From Candidatus Latescibacterota bacterium (GTDB lineage: Bacteria > Latescibacterota > UBA2968): a stretch of 64,000 nt of DNA. Below the pieces are notes generated by a model, which saw only the letters and a list, made by a program, of their open reading frames with translations, was not told where the DNA came from and did no database searches. The translations under genes were made by a program, and so were the position numbers. The stretch's first letter is position 1. Each line of letters opens with the position of its first letter. Below are positions 9,785 through 19,722 of the stretch, one piece after another. The DNA lies in the NCBI GenBank assembly GCA_965204375.1, contig OZ241986.1, forward strand, positions 4,224,001 to 4,288,000, in the 5' to 3' direction.

Positions 9785-9942
9785 TTATTCGCAATCGTTT
9801 GTTTGCGATTTTGGGAAAATAAGACGGGATTGGCAAAAAGCAAGGACACTCAGATAGAACACGAGCAGATTATGTTTTTGTGCATTTTAATGTTTTTATA
9901 CATCACATCAGAAGTATAGCAAATTCAAGAAGCCTTTTGTAT

Positions 9943-10233
9943 TTAATTTAGCTTTGTCAAAGCTATGATGACTGAAACGGCTGTGCCGACATTGGCAAGC
10001 AGCACAATGACCAGCAAACCGACAAGCCACTTGAAATTGCTGTTGTTGCGGTTGTCCATATCAGTCAAACGGTTGTCCATATTGGCGAAGCGGTTGTCAA
10101 TACGGGTTGTCAATTCGCGCTGGCCTTCCTCCATACTGGTCAAACGGCTTTCGATGCTGCCGAGACGCTCATTGATTTGCCCCTGGACAGCTTCGAGTGA
10201 TGCAACCCGACTTTCAAGGCTGGGCATTTGCAT
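9943..10233 (-). CDS. Small coiled-coil protein with C-terminal TM (XhlA/DUF1640/Bdr-like)
   Basis: Heptad pattern followed by FKWLVGLLVIVLL TM. Confidence 0.7.
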   Translation of the reverse strand: MQMPSLESRVASLEAVQGQINERLGSIESRLTSMEEGQRELTTRIDNRFANMDNRLTDMDNRNNSNFKWLVGLLVIVLLANVGTAVSVIIALTKLN

Positions 10234-10262
10234 GGTAAAATCCCCTTCGCATTTTGTTAAAA

Positions 10263-10814
10263 TTAGAACACATCTGCAAGTGGCAATTGCCAGCCGGGCA
10301 CGACATCGCCGCCGTCAATTGTGTCGCCTTCTGTGAGGATGCGAATATCGTCAAACCCGCGATAGATGGTCGCCGTGCGCGTTTTGGGATCGAGCACAAT
10401 AACCATCTTCGCACCTGCCTGCAACCAATCAAATGCTTTTTCCGTCACTTCGGAGGCACGGTCATTTGGCGAAATGACTTCAACGGCGAGGTCGGGCGCA
10501 CCGGGAAAGAACCCTTCTTCTTCGTCTGTGGCATCTGCGCGTGCTCTCGACACAAAACTCGCGTCGGGTGCGCGCACCGTATCCGGATTGGTCCAAATTA
10601 AAAAACCCGTCTCGGCAGCATAGATTTCACCGAGATTATTATTTCTCACAAATGATTCGAGACGGCTACAGATTGTCGCTGCAATTCGTCCGTGTTGTCT
10701 GCCCGCTGGAGCCATCTGGCGCAATTCTCCCTTTATGAGTTCATAGCGACAGCCATTGTGTGGCATCACCAAAAGCTCATCGGCTGTCATGGTGGCAACG
10801 GTTTGTAGGGCCAT
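10263..10814 (-). CDS. Uma2 family endonuclease
   Basis: YELIKGEL, HG, RAPDASFV, PDLAVEVISP. Confidence 0.93.
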   Translation of the reverse strand: MALQTVATMTADELLVMPHNGCRYELIKGELRQMAPAGRQHGRIAATICSRLESFVRNNNLGEIYAAETGFLIWTNPDTVRAPDASFVSRARADATDEEEGFFPGAPDLAVEVISPNDRASEVTEKAFDWLQAGAKMVIVLDPKTRTATIYRGFDDIRILTEGDTIDGGDVVPGWQLPLADVF

Positions 10815-10876
10815 ACCTGAACCTGTTTTGTTTGGGGAAAATAATGGTTGACATGACGTACAACATTATAACGCAA

Positions 10877-11491
10877 TCATTTTTCAATACTGTGTTCGAG
10901 CCTGCCGATCTCGTCGCGCAGCCTGGCGGCCTCTTCGTACTCTTCCAGCGCGACCGCCTCTTGCAAACGCGCCTTGAGCGCATCGACCTGCTGCGTCACC
11001 TGATCGGGTGCCTCCTCAGCGGGTTCATCCTCTGCTGCAGACGCAACAATCGCAGCAATATTATCTTCACCGTCCTCAATGGGCACATCTTGCTTGACCG
11101 ACAGCCCCGCCTCCTCAATCACCTGGTCCGCCACAAAAACCGGGGCATCAACGCGCAACGCCAATGCCAGCGCATCGCTCGGGCGCGAATCAATAACAAT
11201 CGCCTCCCCATCGCGCACAAGCGTAATCTCGGCAAAAAACGTCTCGTCTCTCAGCGCACTGACCAGCACCTGCTCGACGTGTACATCGAACCCATCCATA
11301 ATGGCACACAACAAATCATACGCAATGGGACGCGGCGGCGGCTCATCGTGAAGCACCAGAGAAATCGCAACCGCCTCAAAATTGCCAATCGCAATCGGCA
11401 AAAAAACCTTCTGGTCCTTATCCTTTAACCAGACCAGCGGATGATTGCTATTGGGTTCAAGCTGCACGGCAATCACTTCCATTTCTGTCAT
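10877..11491 (-). CDS. Bifunctional nuclease (DUF151/BFN) with C-terminal UVR domain
   Basis: LPIAIG.FEA, PRP..YDL, IDSRPSDALALA; EEYEEAARLRDEI. Confidence 0.92.
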   Translation of the reverse strand: MTEMEVIAVQLEPNSNHPLVWLKDKDQKVFLPIAIGNFEAVAISLVLHDEPPPRPIAYDLLCAIMDGFDVHVEQVLVSALRDETFFAEITLVRDGEAIVIDSRPSDALALALRVDAPVFVADQVIEEAGLSVKQDVPIEDGEDNIAAIVASAAEDEPAEEAPDQVTQQVDALKARLQEAVALEEYEEAARLRDEIGRLEHSIEK

Positions 11492-11520
11492 GTGGGGAAT
11501 CCTTTTGTGAATTAAAAAAC

Positions 11521-11750
11521 AGAATCAGGATTTACAGGATTATAGGATGAACAGGATAAAAATCAAAAGCAAAGCTTTCTGGATTACTCAAAACAATATA
11601 GAAGGATACAGAGGGGAAAAGCAAGCGGAATCAGGATTTACAGGATTAAAGGATGAACAGGATGAAAATCAAAACCACAAACAAAACCAGAACCTTCTGG
11701 ATCGCGGCTTACACCCTGCCGCGATGACGGGCGAGGCATGCCTCGCCCGT
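11521..11750. repeat. Composite intergenic repeat cluster (two CAGGAT arrays, CGTC REP, GTAG-type REP)
   Basis: Directly visible repeat units shared with other intergenic regions. Confidence 0.8.
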
Positions 11751-11780
11751 CATCTTCTCCCTTCACACTTCTCCCTTCTC

Positions 11781-11809
11781 TTGACAGCCCGCGCGTCGCA
11801 TCGTATCAT
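11781..11809 (+). promoter_or_regulatory. Sigma-70-type promoter for FGE gene
   Basis: TTGACA-17 bp-TATCAT. Confidence 0.65.
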
Positions 11810-11852
11810 TTTACACAGGATTCACGCAACCCATAACCTCAGGAGAATCACT

Positions 11853-12794
11853 ATGTCCTCCCCCTGCTGCGGTGCGAGCAGACCCGTCTCATCCAAAAAA
11901 AGAAAAACGCGCAAACAAAAAAACAGGCGCAGAAGTGATCCATCCCTCAAAGGCATGGTCCGCCTCTCGGGCGGCACCTTTCTCATGGGAACAGATGGCA
12001 ACGAAGGCTTTGCAGAAGACGGCGAAGGACCCGTGCGCGAAGTCACGGTCAATCCCTTTTGCCTCGATGTGTGCGCCGTCACCAACGCCGACTTTGCCAA
12101 ATTCGTCCGCGCAACCGCGTACAAAACCGAAGCCGAACGCTTTGGCTGGTCCTTTGTCTTCCACCTCTTTGTCCCCCCCAGCACCGCCTCGCACATCTCG
12201 CAAACCGTCGTCGATACCCCCTGGTGGTTTGCTGTTGACGGCGCCTGCTGGCACCGCCCCGAAGGACCCGGCACAAATATCAACAACCGCTGGCACCACC
12301 CCGCGATCCACATCTCGTGGAACGACGCGGTCGCCTATTGCAACTGGGCGGGAAAACGCCTGCCCACAGAAGCCGAATGGGAATTTGCCGCACGGGGCGG
12401 CTTAAAAAGCATGCGCTACCCCTGGGGCGACGACCTCGAACCCAGTGGCAAACACATGTGCAACATCTGGCAGGGCACATTCCCCGAACAAAACACCCGG
12501 GCAGATGGGTACATCGGCACCGCACCCGTCACCTCATTCCCCCCCAACAACTACGGCATCTACAACATCTCGGGCAACGTCTGGGAATGGTGCAGCGACT
12601 GGTTCAGCCCCACCTTTCACCTCAAAAGCGCTGCAAAGAACCCCACGGGTCCCCCCGTCGGACAGGCGAAAAGCATGCGCGGCGGCTCCTATTTGTGCCA
12701 CGACTCCTACTGCAACCGATACCGCGTGGCTGCCCGCAGCGCAAACACCCCGGACAGCTCCACGGGGAATTTGGGGTTTCGGTGTGCGAGATAA
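11853..12794 (+). CDS. Formylglycine-generating enzyme (SUMF1/FGE-sulfatase)
   Basis: RLPTEAEWEFAARGG, GNVWEW, RGGSYLCHDSYCNRYR; start at ATG 11853 with AGGAG SD (upstream ORF extension is repeat-derived). Confidence 0.93.
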   Translation: MSSPCCGASRPVSSKKRKTRKQKNRRRSDPSLKGMVRLSGGTFLMGTDGNEGFAEDGEGPVREVTVNPFCLDVCAVTNADFAKFVRATAYKTEAERFGWSFVFHLFVPPSTASHISQTVVDTPWWFAVDGACWHRPEGPGTNINNRWHHPAIHISWNDAVAYCNWAGKRLPTEAEWEFAARGGLKSMRYPWGDDLEPSGKHMCNIWQGTFPEQNTRADGYIGTAPVTSFPPNNYGIYNISGNVWEWCSDWFSPTFHLKSAAKNPTGPPVGQAKSMRGGSYLCHDSYCNRYRVAARSANTPDSSTGNLGFRCAR

Positions 12795-13101
12795 AGTCTG
12801 AATCAGGATTTTCAGGATTAAAGGATGGGCAGGATAAAGGCAAAAACCGTCTGAAGCGGTGTAAAACTGGTCGGTTTCCAGACCAGTTCATCAGGATTTA
12901 CTGGATTATAGGATGGGCAGGATAAAGGCAAAAACCGTCTGAATCAGGATTTTCAGGATTAAAGGATGGGCAGGATAAAGGCAAAGGCGAAAGGCAAAAA
13001 CCTGTCTGAATCGGGATTTACTGGATTATAGGATGGGCAGGATGAAAATCAAAACCACAGGCAAAACCTCTGGATCGCGGCTTTAAACATGCCGCGATGA
13101 C
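12795..13101. repeat. Tandem CAGGAT-array units (about 4) with nested AACTGGTC hairpin and terminal CGTC REP
   Basis: gtctgaatcaggattttcaggattaaaggatgggcaggat repeated. Confidence 0.85.
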
Positions 13102-13112
13102 AAACCTGCCTC

Positions 13113-13153
13113 AAAAAAAAAACGGAAGACGCGAAAACGTCCTCCGTTTTTTT
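13113..13153. terminator. Bidirectional terminator between FGE and rplI
   Basis: A-run-CGGAAGACG-loop-CGTCCTCCG-T-run. Confidence 0.7.
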
Positions 13154-13155
13154 AT

Positions 13156-13310
13156 CACACTTCAACGTGAACTGGTCTGGACTACGACCAGTTGTACCCC
13201 GTTTCACACTTCAACGTGAACTGGTCTGGACTACGACCAGTTGTACCCCGTTTCACACTTCAATCTTCACACTTCACACTTCACACTTCACACTTCAACC
13301 TTCACACTTC
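13156..13310. repeat. Two tandem ~49-bp hairpin units plus TTCACAC heptamer array
   Basis: tcacacttcaacgtgaactggtctggactacgaccagttgtaccccgtt x2. Confidence 0.85.
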
Positions 13311-13311
13311 C

Positions 13312-13755
13312 CTATTCTCTAACCACCCACACCTTCACAGACACCACAACCCCCGCATAAAGCCGGATGGGCACATCATAGACCCCCAGAGCGCGAATCG
13401 GCTCTTCGAGTTCTATGTCTCGGCGATCAATATCGAACCCCAGGTCGCCGAGCGCGGCTGCAATTTGCTGTGCTGTCACCGAACCAAAAATGCGATCCTC
13501 TTCGCCTGCCTTGACCGCCACATTGCACGAAACCTCTTTCAGAGCCTCTGCCAGAGCCTCGGCACCGCGCGTCTCGCGGGCGTGTTGGGCTTCGCGTTGC
13601 TGGCGCGCCTTCTCGTACACCGCCATATTGCGCTCATTTGCAATCAGCGCCACCGAGCGCGGCAGCAAAAAATTTCGCGCGTACCCATCCTTCACCTCAA
13701 CCACATCGCCAGCATTGCCCAGCGTATCCACATCTGCTGTAAGAATAATTTTCAT
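13312..13755 (-). CDS. rplI: 50S ribosomal protein L9
   Basis: MKIIL..DV..LG..GDVVEVKDGYARNFLLP; IFGSVT. Confidence 0.98.
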   Translation of the reverse strand: MKIILTADVDTLGNAGDVVEVKDGYARNFLLPRSVALIANERNMAVYEKARQQREAQHARETRGAEALAEALKEVSCNVAVKAGEEDRIFGSVTAQQIAAALGDLGFDIDRRDIELEEPIRALGVYDVPIRLYAGVVVSVKVWVVRE

Positions 13756-13780
13756 AGTGTAATCCTGTATATTTCGCCTC

Positions 13781-14054
<274 letters not shown>

Positions 14055-14058
<4 letters not shown>

Positions 14059-14411
14059 TCCGCATCCTCCTCTTCCGTATCATCGGAAACATCTTCGGCC
14101 AACTCTTCAGCGTCCTCCTCCTCTTGAGGAGGAAGTTCAGACTGAAGAATCAGATGCCGCAAAACATCCTCATCCAAACGGCACGCCCGCTCAACATCTG
14201 CAATCGCGCCCGGATCGGCCTCAAAATAAAAAAATGTATAGTCGCCCTGCTGCCGCTTTTGAATCTCATAAGCGAGCCTGCGCACGCCCCAGCGGTCAAC
14301 ATTGACCACCGTAGCACCCTGATCGGCGAGCAACGACGCATAGCGATCAACCGTCGCGTCCGCATCTACCTGCGTATCGACAATCAAAGCCATCTCATAC
14401 TCTCGTGACAT
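14055..14411 (-). CDS. rpsF: 30S ribosomal protein S6
   Basis: [15 protein letters not shown]...G.Y, VLRHL. Confidence 0.97.
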
Positions 14412-14470
14412 AAACTATCCCCCATGGACGTGTGGTTCAGAATACCGTGTTCTGAACGGGGTTGGAAAAA
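14412..14470 (-). promoter_or_regulatory. Possible S6:S18-binding leader hairpin
   Basis: CCCC followed by GTTCAGAA/TTCTGAAC stem just upstream of the rpsF SD. Confidence 0.35.
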
Positions 14471-14545
14471 GCAAGTTAGAAGTTAGAAGTTAGAAGGGAG
14501 AAGGAAGAAGGCCCCGCCCAACCGCCCAAAGGCCAGTGCCTCATC

Positions 14546-14755
14546 CCACTTCACACTTCACACTTCCTACTTCACACTTCACACTTCACACTTCACACTT
14601 CCCACTTCACACTTCACACTTCACACTTCACACTTCACACTTCACACTTCACACTTCCCACTTCCCACTTCCCACTTCCCACTTCACACTTCACACTTCA
14701 CACTTCCCACTTCACACTTCCCACTTCCCACTTCACACTTCACACTTCACACTTC
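14546..14755. repeat. Heptamer tandem array (TTCACAC/TTCCCAC, about 30 copies)
   Basis: Direct reading; inverse GAAGTTA units at about 14473-14497; related arrays at 13261, 25310, 25440, 36290. Confidence 0.95.
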
Positions 14756-14758
14756 TCC

Positions 14759-16756
14759 TCATGCCAGCAAAGGTGCCAGCATCAGTGAAACCACCGACAT
14801 CAACTTAATCAAAATATTCAACGCGGGACCAGACGTATCTTTTAAGGGATCGCCAACCGTATCGCCAACCACGGCGGCCTTGTGCGCCTCGGACCCCTTA
14901 CCGCCCAAATTGCCCTCCTCAATCAACTTCTTCGCATTATCCAGCGCGCCTCCGCTATTCGCCATCATCAGCGCCAGCAACACACCCGACACCGTCGCCC
15001 CCGCCAGCATACCGCCCAGCGCCTCTGCCCCCAAAAAAAAGCCAACCAGCACCGGCGTAAACACAGCCACCAGACCGGGCACCACCATCTCGCGCAAAGC
15101 CGCCACAGAACTGATATCCACACAGCGGCGCGTATCCGGCTTGCCCGTCCCCTCCATCAGCCCTGGAATCTCGCGGAACTGGCGACGCACCTCTTCAACC
15201 ATCTTAAACGCCGCATTGCCCACACTCGTCATCGTCAGTGCCGCCACGCAAAAAGGCACACCACCGCCCAAAAACAAACCGATCACAACCAGGGGCTTGG
15301 CCAAATTAATAGAATCGATCCCCACAGCCGCCGAATACGCGGAAAACAGCGCCAGCGCAGTCAGCGCAGCAGAACCAATCGCGAACCCCTTGCCAATCGC
15401 CGCCGTCGTATTCCCGAGCGAATCCAGTTCATCGGTAATCTCGCGCGTCTCCGGTCCCAAATGCGCCATCTCGGAAATACCACCCGCATTATCCGCAATC
15501 GGACCATAAGCATCCACCGCCATCGTAACACCCACAGTCGATAACATACCCACAGCGGCAATGCCAATACCGTACAATCCCGCAAAGTGAAACGACCCTG
15601 CAATAGCAACACAAATCCCCAAAATCGGCAACGTCGTACTCTCCATCCCCACCGCCAGACCCGCGATCATATTGGTCGCCGACCCCGTCTCCGAAGAATG
15701 GGCAATACGCCTTACAGGTGCCCCACCCGTATAGTACTCCGTCATCAGCGCAATGGCAATACCCACGAGACAACCGAAGAGAATCGCCCAAAACACCCCG
15801 CGAGCCAAACCGAGATATTCCGCGGCAAAAAAAGCACCAACCAGCATCAAAACAGCGGAAATATACGTGGCATAGCGCAGCGCTGCATCCGGGTTTAAAG
15901 ACTGCAAAACGCGAATAGACCCCACGCCGATCAGCGACGCCAACAAACCGATCATAACCACGACAAGCGGATATTGCATCGCAGCGATCCTCACCGTCTC
16001 CGGATCGCCCCCACCCAACCCGCTCAACGCCGCGATACCAGCCGTTGCCGCAATCGCAATCGTCGCAATAATAGACCCCACATAAGACTCAAAAATATCC
16101 GCCCCCATCCCTGCCACATCGCCCACATTATCGCCCACGTGATCTGCAATAACAGCCGGATTTCTCGGATCGTCCTCCGGTATCCCGGCCTCCACCTTAC
16201 CCACCAGATCCGCCCCCACATCTGCCGTCTTGGTATAAATCCCCCCTCCAACCCGGGCAAAGAGCGCAATAGAACTCGCACCCATAGCAAAACCATTAAT
16301 CATAGCCGCCTGACCGGGTTTGCCGAAAAAATAAAAAAGCAAGCCCACGCCAAAAAGCCCCAGACTTGCCACAGACAGCCCCATCACTGCCCCGCCGGAA
16401 AACGCGACATTCAACGCCTTATCCCGCCCACTTTGACTGGCGGCATAAGCCGTCCGCACATTCGCCTTGGTCGCCGCCTTCATCCCGATAAAACCCGCGC
16501 CAAGCGAACAAAGTGCGCCGCCCAAAAAAGATATGGCCGTCTCCCGATTAATACCCCAGAACACCAGCGCAAACACCAGCACGATAAAAACGGCGAGCAC
16601 GCTGTATTCGCGCTTCAAAAAAGTCACGGCCCCTTCCTGGATATCCGCTGCGATCTCCCGCATCAGCTCCGTGCCCTCTGATTGCCTGGCAACATAGAGA
16701 TAAATCAAACCAGCGCAAACCAGCCCAACCACGCCCAGCACAGGTGCCAAAATCAT
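14759..16756 (-). CDS. hppA: Membrane-bound pyrophosphatase, K+-dependent (probably Na+-translocating)
   Basis: [56 protein letters not shown]. Confidence 0.96.
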   Translation of the reverse strand: MILAPVLGVVGLVCAGLIYLYVARQSEGTELMREIAADIQEGAVTFLKREYSVLAVFIVLVFALVFWGINRETAISFLGGALCSLGAGFIGMKAATKANVRTAYAASQSGRDKALNVAFSGGAVMGLSVASLGLFGVGLLFYFFGKPGQAAMINGFAMGASSIALFARVGGGIYTKTADVGADLVGKVEAGIPEDDPRNPAVIADHVGDNVGDVAGMGADIFESYVGSIIATIAIAATAGIAALSGLGGGDPETVRIAAMQYPLVVVMIGLLASLIGVGSIRVLQSLNPDAALRYATYISAVLMLVGAFFAAEYLGLARGVFWAILFGCLVGIAIALMTEYYTGGAPVRRIAHSSETGSATNMIAGLAVGMESTTLPILGICVAIAGSFHFAGLYGIGIAAVGMLSTVGVTMAVDAYGPIADNAGGISEMAHLGPETREITDELDSLGNTTAAIGKGFAIGSAALTALALFSAYSAAVGIDSINLAKPLVVIGLFLGGGVPFCVAALTMTSVGNAAFKMVEEVRRQFREIPGLMEGTGKPDTRRCVDISSVAALREMVVPGLVAVFTPVLVGFFLGAEALGGMLAGATVSGVLLALMMANSGGALDNAKKLIEEGNLGGKGSEAHKAAVVGDTVGDPLKDTSGPALNILIKLMSVVSLMLAPLLA

Positions 16757-16773
16757 AAAAATCTCCAGAATCA

Positions 16774-16904
16774 GGGCGAGGCATGCCTCGCCCCTACGGT
16801 ACGGGCGAAAAATTTTTCGCCCCTACATATTAACGCGCAATAACGGGCGGGTTTCGAGCGGGGTACAACTGGCCGTCTCTCAGGCCAGTTCAACCCGCCC
16901 CTAC
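16774..16904. repeat. Cluster of three GTAG-type REPs, one carrying a nested hairpin
   Basis: gggcgaggcatgcctcgcccctac; gggcgaaaaatttttcgcccctac; gggcgggtttcg...aacccgcccctac. Confidence 0.88.
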
Positions 16905-17500
16905 ATATTATACTGATTCATCGCCCGTTCAATACCTTCTCTTGCCCAGCAAAGCGTGCCGTTAACCGCTTGCCCAACCGCATCTGTAATCACATCCCGA
17001 TCTTCGAATGTAAACTCACCCAACACGTAATCAATCATGCCATCCGACCCGGCGGGTTGCCCAACACCGATGCGCAACCGCGGAAAATCTGCAGCCCCCA
17101 ACGCGCATTCAACAGACCGCAAACCATTGTGCCCACCGTGACTGCCCGCGCGCCGAAAGCGCAACCGGCCCAAATTGAGATGCACATCGTCAACCACCAC
17201 CAGAACATCTGCCCGTGCAACCTGAAAACACCGCACAACCTCCGCCACACCCAAACCGCTCTTATTCATATACGTCAGCGGCTTAACCAGCACCAGATCA
17301 TCTGAAAACCTGCACCACGTACAAAATTCAAACGCATGCCACGGTGCATCTTTGCCCAGCGCATCAACCACCCAAAACCCCACATTGTGGCGCGTCTGTG
17401 CATAGCGCGCGCCCGGATTGCCCAACCCCACAATCGCCTTTACACCTGTACGGGTGAAACGTAAGGGCGAAAGATCTTTCGCCCCTACGCCCCTACACAT
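16901..17500 (-). CDS. pth: Peptidyl-tRNA hydrolase
   Basis: IVGLGNPG..YAQTRHNVGF, KP.TYMN.SG, GGHNGLRS, RLRIGVG; nearest upstream ATG is 17500, overlapping the rplY end. Confidence 0.95.
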   Translation of the reverse strand: MCRGVGAKDLSPLRFTRTGVKAIVGLGNPGARYAQTRHNVGFWVVDALGKDAPWHAFEFCTWCRFSDDLVLVKPLTYMNKSGLGVAEVVRCFQVARADVLVVVDDVHLNLGRLRFRRAGSHGGHNGLRSVECALGAADFPRLRIGVGQPAGSDGMIDYVLGEFTFEDRDVITDAVGQAVNGTLCWAREGIERAMNQYNM

Positions 17501-18188
17501 CGCCTTCTTCGTCATCGCTGCGCCTTCTGCCGCGCTCAATAACTTCTGGCTCCTGCATTTCTTCTTCCCCTTCCTCATCCACCAATCCTTCTTCGTCCTC
17601 CACTTCCTCTTCCTCTTCTTCAATAACAAGCGCGGGCGCAGCCACCGCAAACACCGTGCGGTCGCTATCCGTCACAACAGTCAGATCATCGTCATCCACG
17701 ACAATATCCGAAACGTGCAGCGAATCGCCGATATCCAGATCCGACACATCAATTTCAATATGATCGGGGATCTCTGTAGGCAGGCACTCGACCTCGAGCT
17801 CGTGCAACATCTGTTCCAGAATTCCCTCGCCAATCCGCACGCCAACAGCCGACCCCGTAGCGTGAAGGGGCACCTCAACCACAATTTTGCGCGTCAAATC
17901 AATGCGGTGAAAATCCACATGTAAAATCTCATCCTGCAAGGGATGGTACTGAATATCCTTAATAATAGTACTCTGGCTCGTATCGCCCGCACGCAGCGAA
18001 ATGATGGCATTGCGACCATGCGCCTTCAACAGATCCGTCAACCTGCGCTGATCCACAGAACAGGCAACAGACTCGGCACCTTCGCCATAAACAACCGCGG
18101 GCAATTGACCGCGAAAGCGCAACCGCTTGGCGACCTTCTTTCCCGACGCCGTGCGAACATCGACATTGAGAGAAACTTGATCGGACAT
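17493..18188 (-). CDS. rplY: 50S ribosomal protein L25/Ctc
   Basis: PAVVYG, HVDF, P.EIP.HIEIDVSDL.IGDSLHVSD, acidic tail; GGAG SD before ATG 18188. Confidence 0.96.
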   Translation of the reverse strand: MSDQVSLNVDVRTASGKKVAKRLRFRGQLPAVVYGEGAESVACSVDQRRLTDLLKAHGRNAIISLRAGDTSQSTIIKDIQYHPLQDEILHVDFHRIDLTRKIVVEVPLHATGSAVGVRIGEGILEQMLHELEVECLPTEIPDHIEIDVSDLDIGDSLHVSDIVVDDDDLTVVTDSDRTVFAVAAPALVIEEEEEEVEDEEGLVDEEGEEEMQEPEVIERGRRRSDDEEGDV

Positions 18189-18200
18189 GATATTCTCCAA

Positions 18201-18386
18201 AACGGGCGAGGCATGCCTCGCCCCTACATACAATCAACCGGACAATACAAAATACGACACGGGCGAAAAATTTTTCGCCCCTACATATCAACGCGCAATA
18301 ACGGGCGGGTTTAAAACCCGCCCCTACGTAAATCAAACCGGACCACACAAAAACACCCGTAAGGGCGAAAAATTTTTCGCCCCTAC
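18201..18386. repeat. Cluster of four GTAG-type REPs, the last inside the ispE 3' end
   Basis: Units at about 18201, 18258, 18301, 18359. Confidence 0.88.
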
Positions 18387-19238
18387 ACAATTCGCCCCTT
18401 CGGCCACAAACCCTGCCCAAACAGCCTCGGCAACATCTCGAGACTCAAAAACACCGTAAAGCGTAGAACCACTGCCAGACATCGACGCAACGATTGCGCC
18501 GGCATCTGTCAACCGCGACAAAATATCGCGCGTTTCCGGATGCGATTGAACGATAAGAGGCAGAAAATCATTCTCAATATGCCCCCAAAAACCCGAAACG
18601 GGCAAATTTTTTACAGAATTAATGAAGCTATCATATTCACCATGCTCTGTCAAGGTCTTTTCTGTCAAGGTCTTTTTATAATTTGCAAACGCCCAGCCCG
18701 TATGCACCTGAAACCCCGGACAAACCAGCACATAAGCCACATCTGCAGACCACGGCACATACCGCATAAGCTCCCCCCGTCCCGAAACCACTGCCGTACC
18801 CTTTTGCCGCACAAAAAACGGCACATCGGACCCCAAAGTCGCGCCTATCTCGCGCAGTTCGCCATCTGACAGTCCCGCTTCCCACACCCGATTCAAAACC
18901 CGCAACACAGCCGCTGCATCTGAACTCCCCCCGCCCAAACCCGCCGCCATCGGAATCCGCTTCTCTATCACAACCTCAACCCCGCGATCCATCCCCGTAT
19001 AAGACCGAAACGCCAGAACCGCCTTATAGACCAGATTTTCTGGACCTGTGGGCAAATCCGCATCGTCGCACGACAAAATAATCTGCCCCTGTCCCGCTGG
19101 CTTAAAAACGAGGCGATCGCACAGATCCACAGACTGAAAAACCGACAAAATATTGTGAAACCCATCGCTGCGCCGCCCGAGAATCTTCAGCCCCAAATTG
19201 AGCTTTGCATACGCGTATTCGACAATTTCCAAAAGCAA
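18333..19238 (-). CDS. ispE: 4-(cytidine 5'-diphospho)-2-C-methyl-D-erythritol kinase
   Basis: AKLNL.L.I.GRR.DGFH, K.IP..AGLGGGSSDAAA, GSDVPFF, MSGSGS. Confidence 0.96.
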   Translation of the reverse strand: MLLEIVEYAYAKLNLGLKILGRRSDGFHNILSVFQSVDLCDRLVFKPAGQGQIILSCDDADLPTGPENLVYKAVLAFRSYTGMDRGVEVVIEKRIPMAAGLGGGSSDAAAVLRVLNRVWEAGLSDGELREIGATLGSDVPFFVRQKGTAVVSGRGELMRYVPWSADVAYVLVCPGFQVHTGWAFANYKKTLTEKTLTEHGEYDSFINSVKNLPVSGFWGHIENDFLPLIVQSHPETRDILSRLTDAGAIVASMSGSGSTLYGVFESRDVAEAVWAGFVAEGANCVGAKNFSPLRVFLCGPV

Positions 19239-19243
19239 CCCCC

Positions 19244-19570
19244 GTCTGAATCAGGATTCGCAGGATTAGAGGATGAACAGGATGAAAGGCAAAATCAAAG
19301 GCAAAAGGCAAACACCGTCTGAATCAGGATTCGCAGGATTAGAGGATGAACAGGATGAAAGGCAAAGGCAAATACAGAAGATAAAAGACAAAAGCAAAGG
19401 CAAATACAGAAGATAAAAGACAAAAGCAAAGGCAAATACAGAAGATAAAAGACAAAAGCAAAGGCAAATACAGAAGATAAAAGATAAAAGCAAAGGCAAA
19501 TACAGAAGATAAAAGACAAAAGCAAAGGCAAATACAGAAGATAAAAGACAAAAGCAAAGGCAACTACAGA
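19244..19570. repeat. Two CAGGAT arrays plus a 32-bp tandem repeat (about 6 copies)
   Basis: aaggcaaatacagaagataaaagacaaaagca repeated 19365-19560. Confidence 0.9.
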
Positions 19571-19722
19571 AAAGCAACCACCGATAAACACAGATTGACG
19601 CTTTTGGTAAAATATAATACATTCGTGAAACAACGATAGCAGGCAAAAACCTCAAAACCACTGGATCTACACATCTACATTCATCTGCGTTCATCTGCGT
19701 TCATCTGCGGATCACACTTCAC

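Noticed and set aside
11547-11852. N-terminal extensions of FGE (also degP 25413, hisC 44038, rplY 18233, ATPase 59448, epimerase 60677)
   Set aside because: Repeat-derived, intergenic or overlapping sequence; better starts lie downstream
14536-14808. HTSHFTL-repeat ORF (also 13192-14127)
   Set aside because: Artefact of the TTCACAC array or antisense to ribosomal protein genes
19365-19560. 32-bp tandem array as CRISPR, and ORFs 19266-19694
   Set aside because: No spacers; ORFs are translations of the repeat
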